Part shown: one piece after another, positions 62,270 to 64,000 of the stretch | Layout: each line of letters opens with the position of its first letter | Position numbering within the stretch: the stretch's first letter is position 1 | Assembly (NCBI GenBank): GCA_019747905.1 | Contig: JAIEQG010000013.1 | Location: 50,482 to 114,481, forward strand | Source: Burkholderiales bacterium | GTDB lineage: Bacteria > Pseudomonadota > Gammaproteobacteria > Burkholderiales > Ga0077523 | DNA length: 64,000 bases | Direction: 5' to 3' | Program-made: the position numbers and the translations under genes | Notes under the pieces: model-generated | Told to the model about the DNA's origin: nothing | Database searches by the model: none | Seen by the model: only the letters and a program-made list of their open reading frames with translations

Positions 62270-64000
62270 TCAGCCGTTGTGCGCCGCGGCGAGCACCGCC
62301 TGCTGGGCCGGCTGGTCCTCGTGGGCTGCAGCCATGCGCTCCAACACATGGCGCGTCATGCTGAGCGCCAGTTCGTGTTCCCCGATGAACACCATACCCG
62401 CCTGTTCCTTCCGCAGCAATTCGGCTTCCTCATCGCTGTGAGTACGCACTAGTGTCTCCACGTCAGGCTTCAGCGTGCGGGCAATGTCGATCATCTTGCG
62501 AGCCCGGAAGGCGTCGGGCGTGGCGATGACGAGCAGGCGGGCGCGATGCACGTGCGCCTGGATCAACACGGCAGGATCGGATGCGTCTCCGGACACCGCC
62601 GGGATGCCGCGACCGCGCAGTTGTTCGACGACCTCGCGGTTCTGTTCCGCCACGACGATCGGCACGCCGCGCTCGATGAGTGCCTCGCCGATGCGACGCC
62701 CGACGCGGCCATAGCCTACGATCAGCACATGCTGCGTGAGTTGGCTCTGGTCCACGCTCATGGGCAGTTCCGCGAGCGGGTCGTCCGATCGCTCCATGGC
62801 GCGCGCGAGTTTCGAACGCGATCGTATCCAGCGCTGCAGCGGTTCCACGGCATTGAACAGCAGCGGATTGACCGCGATCGAGATCAGCGCGCCCGCGAGG
62901 ACCAGGCTCTGGCCCTCGGTTGGCAGCAGTTTCATCGCCACGCCGAGGCCCACCAGGATGAACGAGAACTCGCCGATCTGCGCGAGGCTCGCCGACACGG
63001 TGAGTGCCGTGTTGAGCGGGTAGCGGAATACCAGGACGATCAGGAAGGCGGCAAGAGTCTTGCCGATCACGATGATGGCCACTACGGCGAGGACCTTGAG
63101 GGGTTCCTGCAACAGCATCGCCGGGTCGAACAGCATGCCGACCGAGACAAAGAAGAGCACCGCGAACGCATCGCGCAGCGGCAACGATTCGTCGGCCGCC
63201 CGATGGCTCAAGGCCGATTCGCGCATCACCATGCCCGCGAAGAAGGCGCCGAGCGCGAACGAAACGCCGAACAGCTTGCCGGAGCCGAATGCGATGCCCA
63301 CGGCGGCGGAGATCACGCACAGCGTGAAGAGCTCGCGCGAGCCGGTGCGCGCCACCTGCCACAGGATCCACGGAAACACCCGCCGGCCGACCACCAGCAT
63401 GAGCGCGATGAACGCGGCGACCTGGCCGAGCGTGATGAGCAGCATGGTGGTGAGGCCGCGCTCCGGCGCAACGGGTTGGCCACTGTCGCCACCCAGCCAT
63501 CCCGCGAGCGGCGGCAGCAGCACCAGGACCAGCACCATGGCGAGGTCCTCGACCACCAGCCAACCCACCGCAATGCGCCCGTTGATCGAGTCGAGCACAC
63601 CACGGCTTTCCAGCGCCCGCAGCAGCACCACGGTACTCGCCACCGACAGCGCCAGGCCGAACACCAGGCTCGCGCCCAGGCTCCAGCCCCAGAAGTATGC
63701 GACGGCCCCGCCCATCAAGGTCGCCACAGCAATCTGCACGATGGCGCCAGGCACTGCGATCTTGCGTACGGCGAGCAGATCGTTCAGCGAAAAATGCAGC
63801 CCGACGCCGAACATGAGCAGCATGACGCCGATCTCGGCGAGCTGAGTCGCCAGTTCCACGTCGGCCACGAAGCCCGGCGTGGCCGGCCCGATCATGATGC
63901 CGGCGACCAGGTAGCCGACGAGTGCCGGCAGCTTGAGGCGGACGGCGATGAAGCCAAGGACGAGCGCGAGACCGAGTGCGGCCGCGATTGTGGTGATGAG
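62270..64000 (-). CDS. ybaL: CPA2 cation:proton antiporter with C-terminal RCK/TrkA-N domain (YbaL/Kef type); 5' end beyond the right window edge
   Basis: The frame stays open past track start 63895 to base 64000 (...ITTIAAALGLALVLGFIAVRLKLPALVGYLVAGIMIGPATPGFVADVELATQLAEIGVMLLMFGVGLHFS). This closely parallels the E. coli YbaL N-terminus from memory. The RCK domain reads HVLIVGYGRVGRRIGEAL. Confidence 0.9.
   Translation of the reverse strand, partial: LITTIAAALGLALVLGFIAVRLKLPALVGYLVAGIMIGPATPGFVADVELATQLAEIGVMLLMFGVGLHFSLNDLLAVRKIAVPGAIVQIAVATLMGGAVAYFWGWSLGASLVFGLALSVASTVVLLRALESRGVLDSINGRIAVGWLVVEDLAMVLVLVLLPPLAGWLGGDSGQPVAPERGLTTMLLITLGQVAAFIALMLVVGRRVFPWILWQVARTGSRELFTLCVISAAVGIAFGSGKLFGVSFALGAFFAGMVMRESALSHRAADESLPLRDAFAVLFFVSVGMLFDPAMLLQEPLKVLAVVAIIVIGKTLAAFLIVLVFRYPLNTALTVSASLAQIGEFSFILVGLGVAMKLLPTEGQSLVLAGALISIAVNPLLFNAVEPLQRWIRSRSKLARAMERSDDPLAELPMSVDQSQLTQHVLIVGYGRVGRRIGEALIERGVPIVVAEQNREVVEQLRGRGIPAVSGDASDPAVLIQAHVHRARLLVIATPDAFRARKMIDIARTLKPDVETLVRTHSDEEAELLRKEQAGMVFIGEHELALSMTRHVLERMAAAHEDQPAQQAVLAAAHNG

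Overview
This is a high-GC (about two-thirds G+C by eye) proteobacterial chromosomal window that I read as about 57 protein-coding genes. I found no rRNA, tRNA, CRISPR array, transposase or integrase. All family calls come from motif recognition in the translations; I ran no searches. Most genes are ordinary accessory metabolism or regulation:

- **Regulators:** one TetR, four LysR and one XRE.
- **Transport:** an RND efflux pair and a YbaL/Kef antiporter.
- **Housekeeping:** Lon, RecQ and an FKBP isomerase.
- **Metabolism:** KdgK/Eda, 3-hydroxybutyrate dehydrogenase, benzoylformate decarboxylase, GST, an MlrC-like peptidase and a formamidase.

The items worth a second look are:

1. **Redox locus, 12.1-17.1 kb.** A thioredoxin, a CxxC-less Trx-like protein and Dps sit next to an operon. 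The operon encodes a response regulator fused to a thioredoxin-reductase-like flavoprotein that lacks the redox CxxC, then a cNMP-binding histidine kinase, then a stand-alone UBP-type zinc-finger protein.
2. **Giant UvrA, 24266-30031.** This 1921-codon protein is two UvrA modules in tandem with four ABC ATPase sites. The two halves are asymmetric. The first half carries a roughly 45-aa in-frame insertion that contains a hairpin unit of the local intergenic repeat family.
3. **Nested-hairpin repeat family.** Three full copies all lie between convergent gene ends, and their 12-bp stems are preserved by compensatory changes. A second, smaller repeat family and a solitary 27-bp inverted repeat are also present.
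4. **Low-GC gene, 17169-19199.** It encodes an exported protein with a large unknown domain, ankyrin repeats and a DUF1311/LprI-like tail. It abuts an orphan VapB-like antitoxin.
5. **Sigma-54 circuit.** A PAS kinase / CheY-like / sigma-54 activator operon is followed by a good -24/-12 promoter and dyad sites in front of a small exported protein gene.

Two real genes run off the window edges. The MalT-like ATPase at 1-2381(-) is absent from the supplied ORF track. Many long track ORFs are antisense artefacts of the high GC content.
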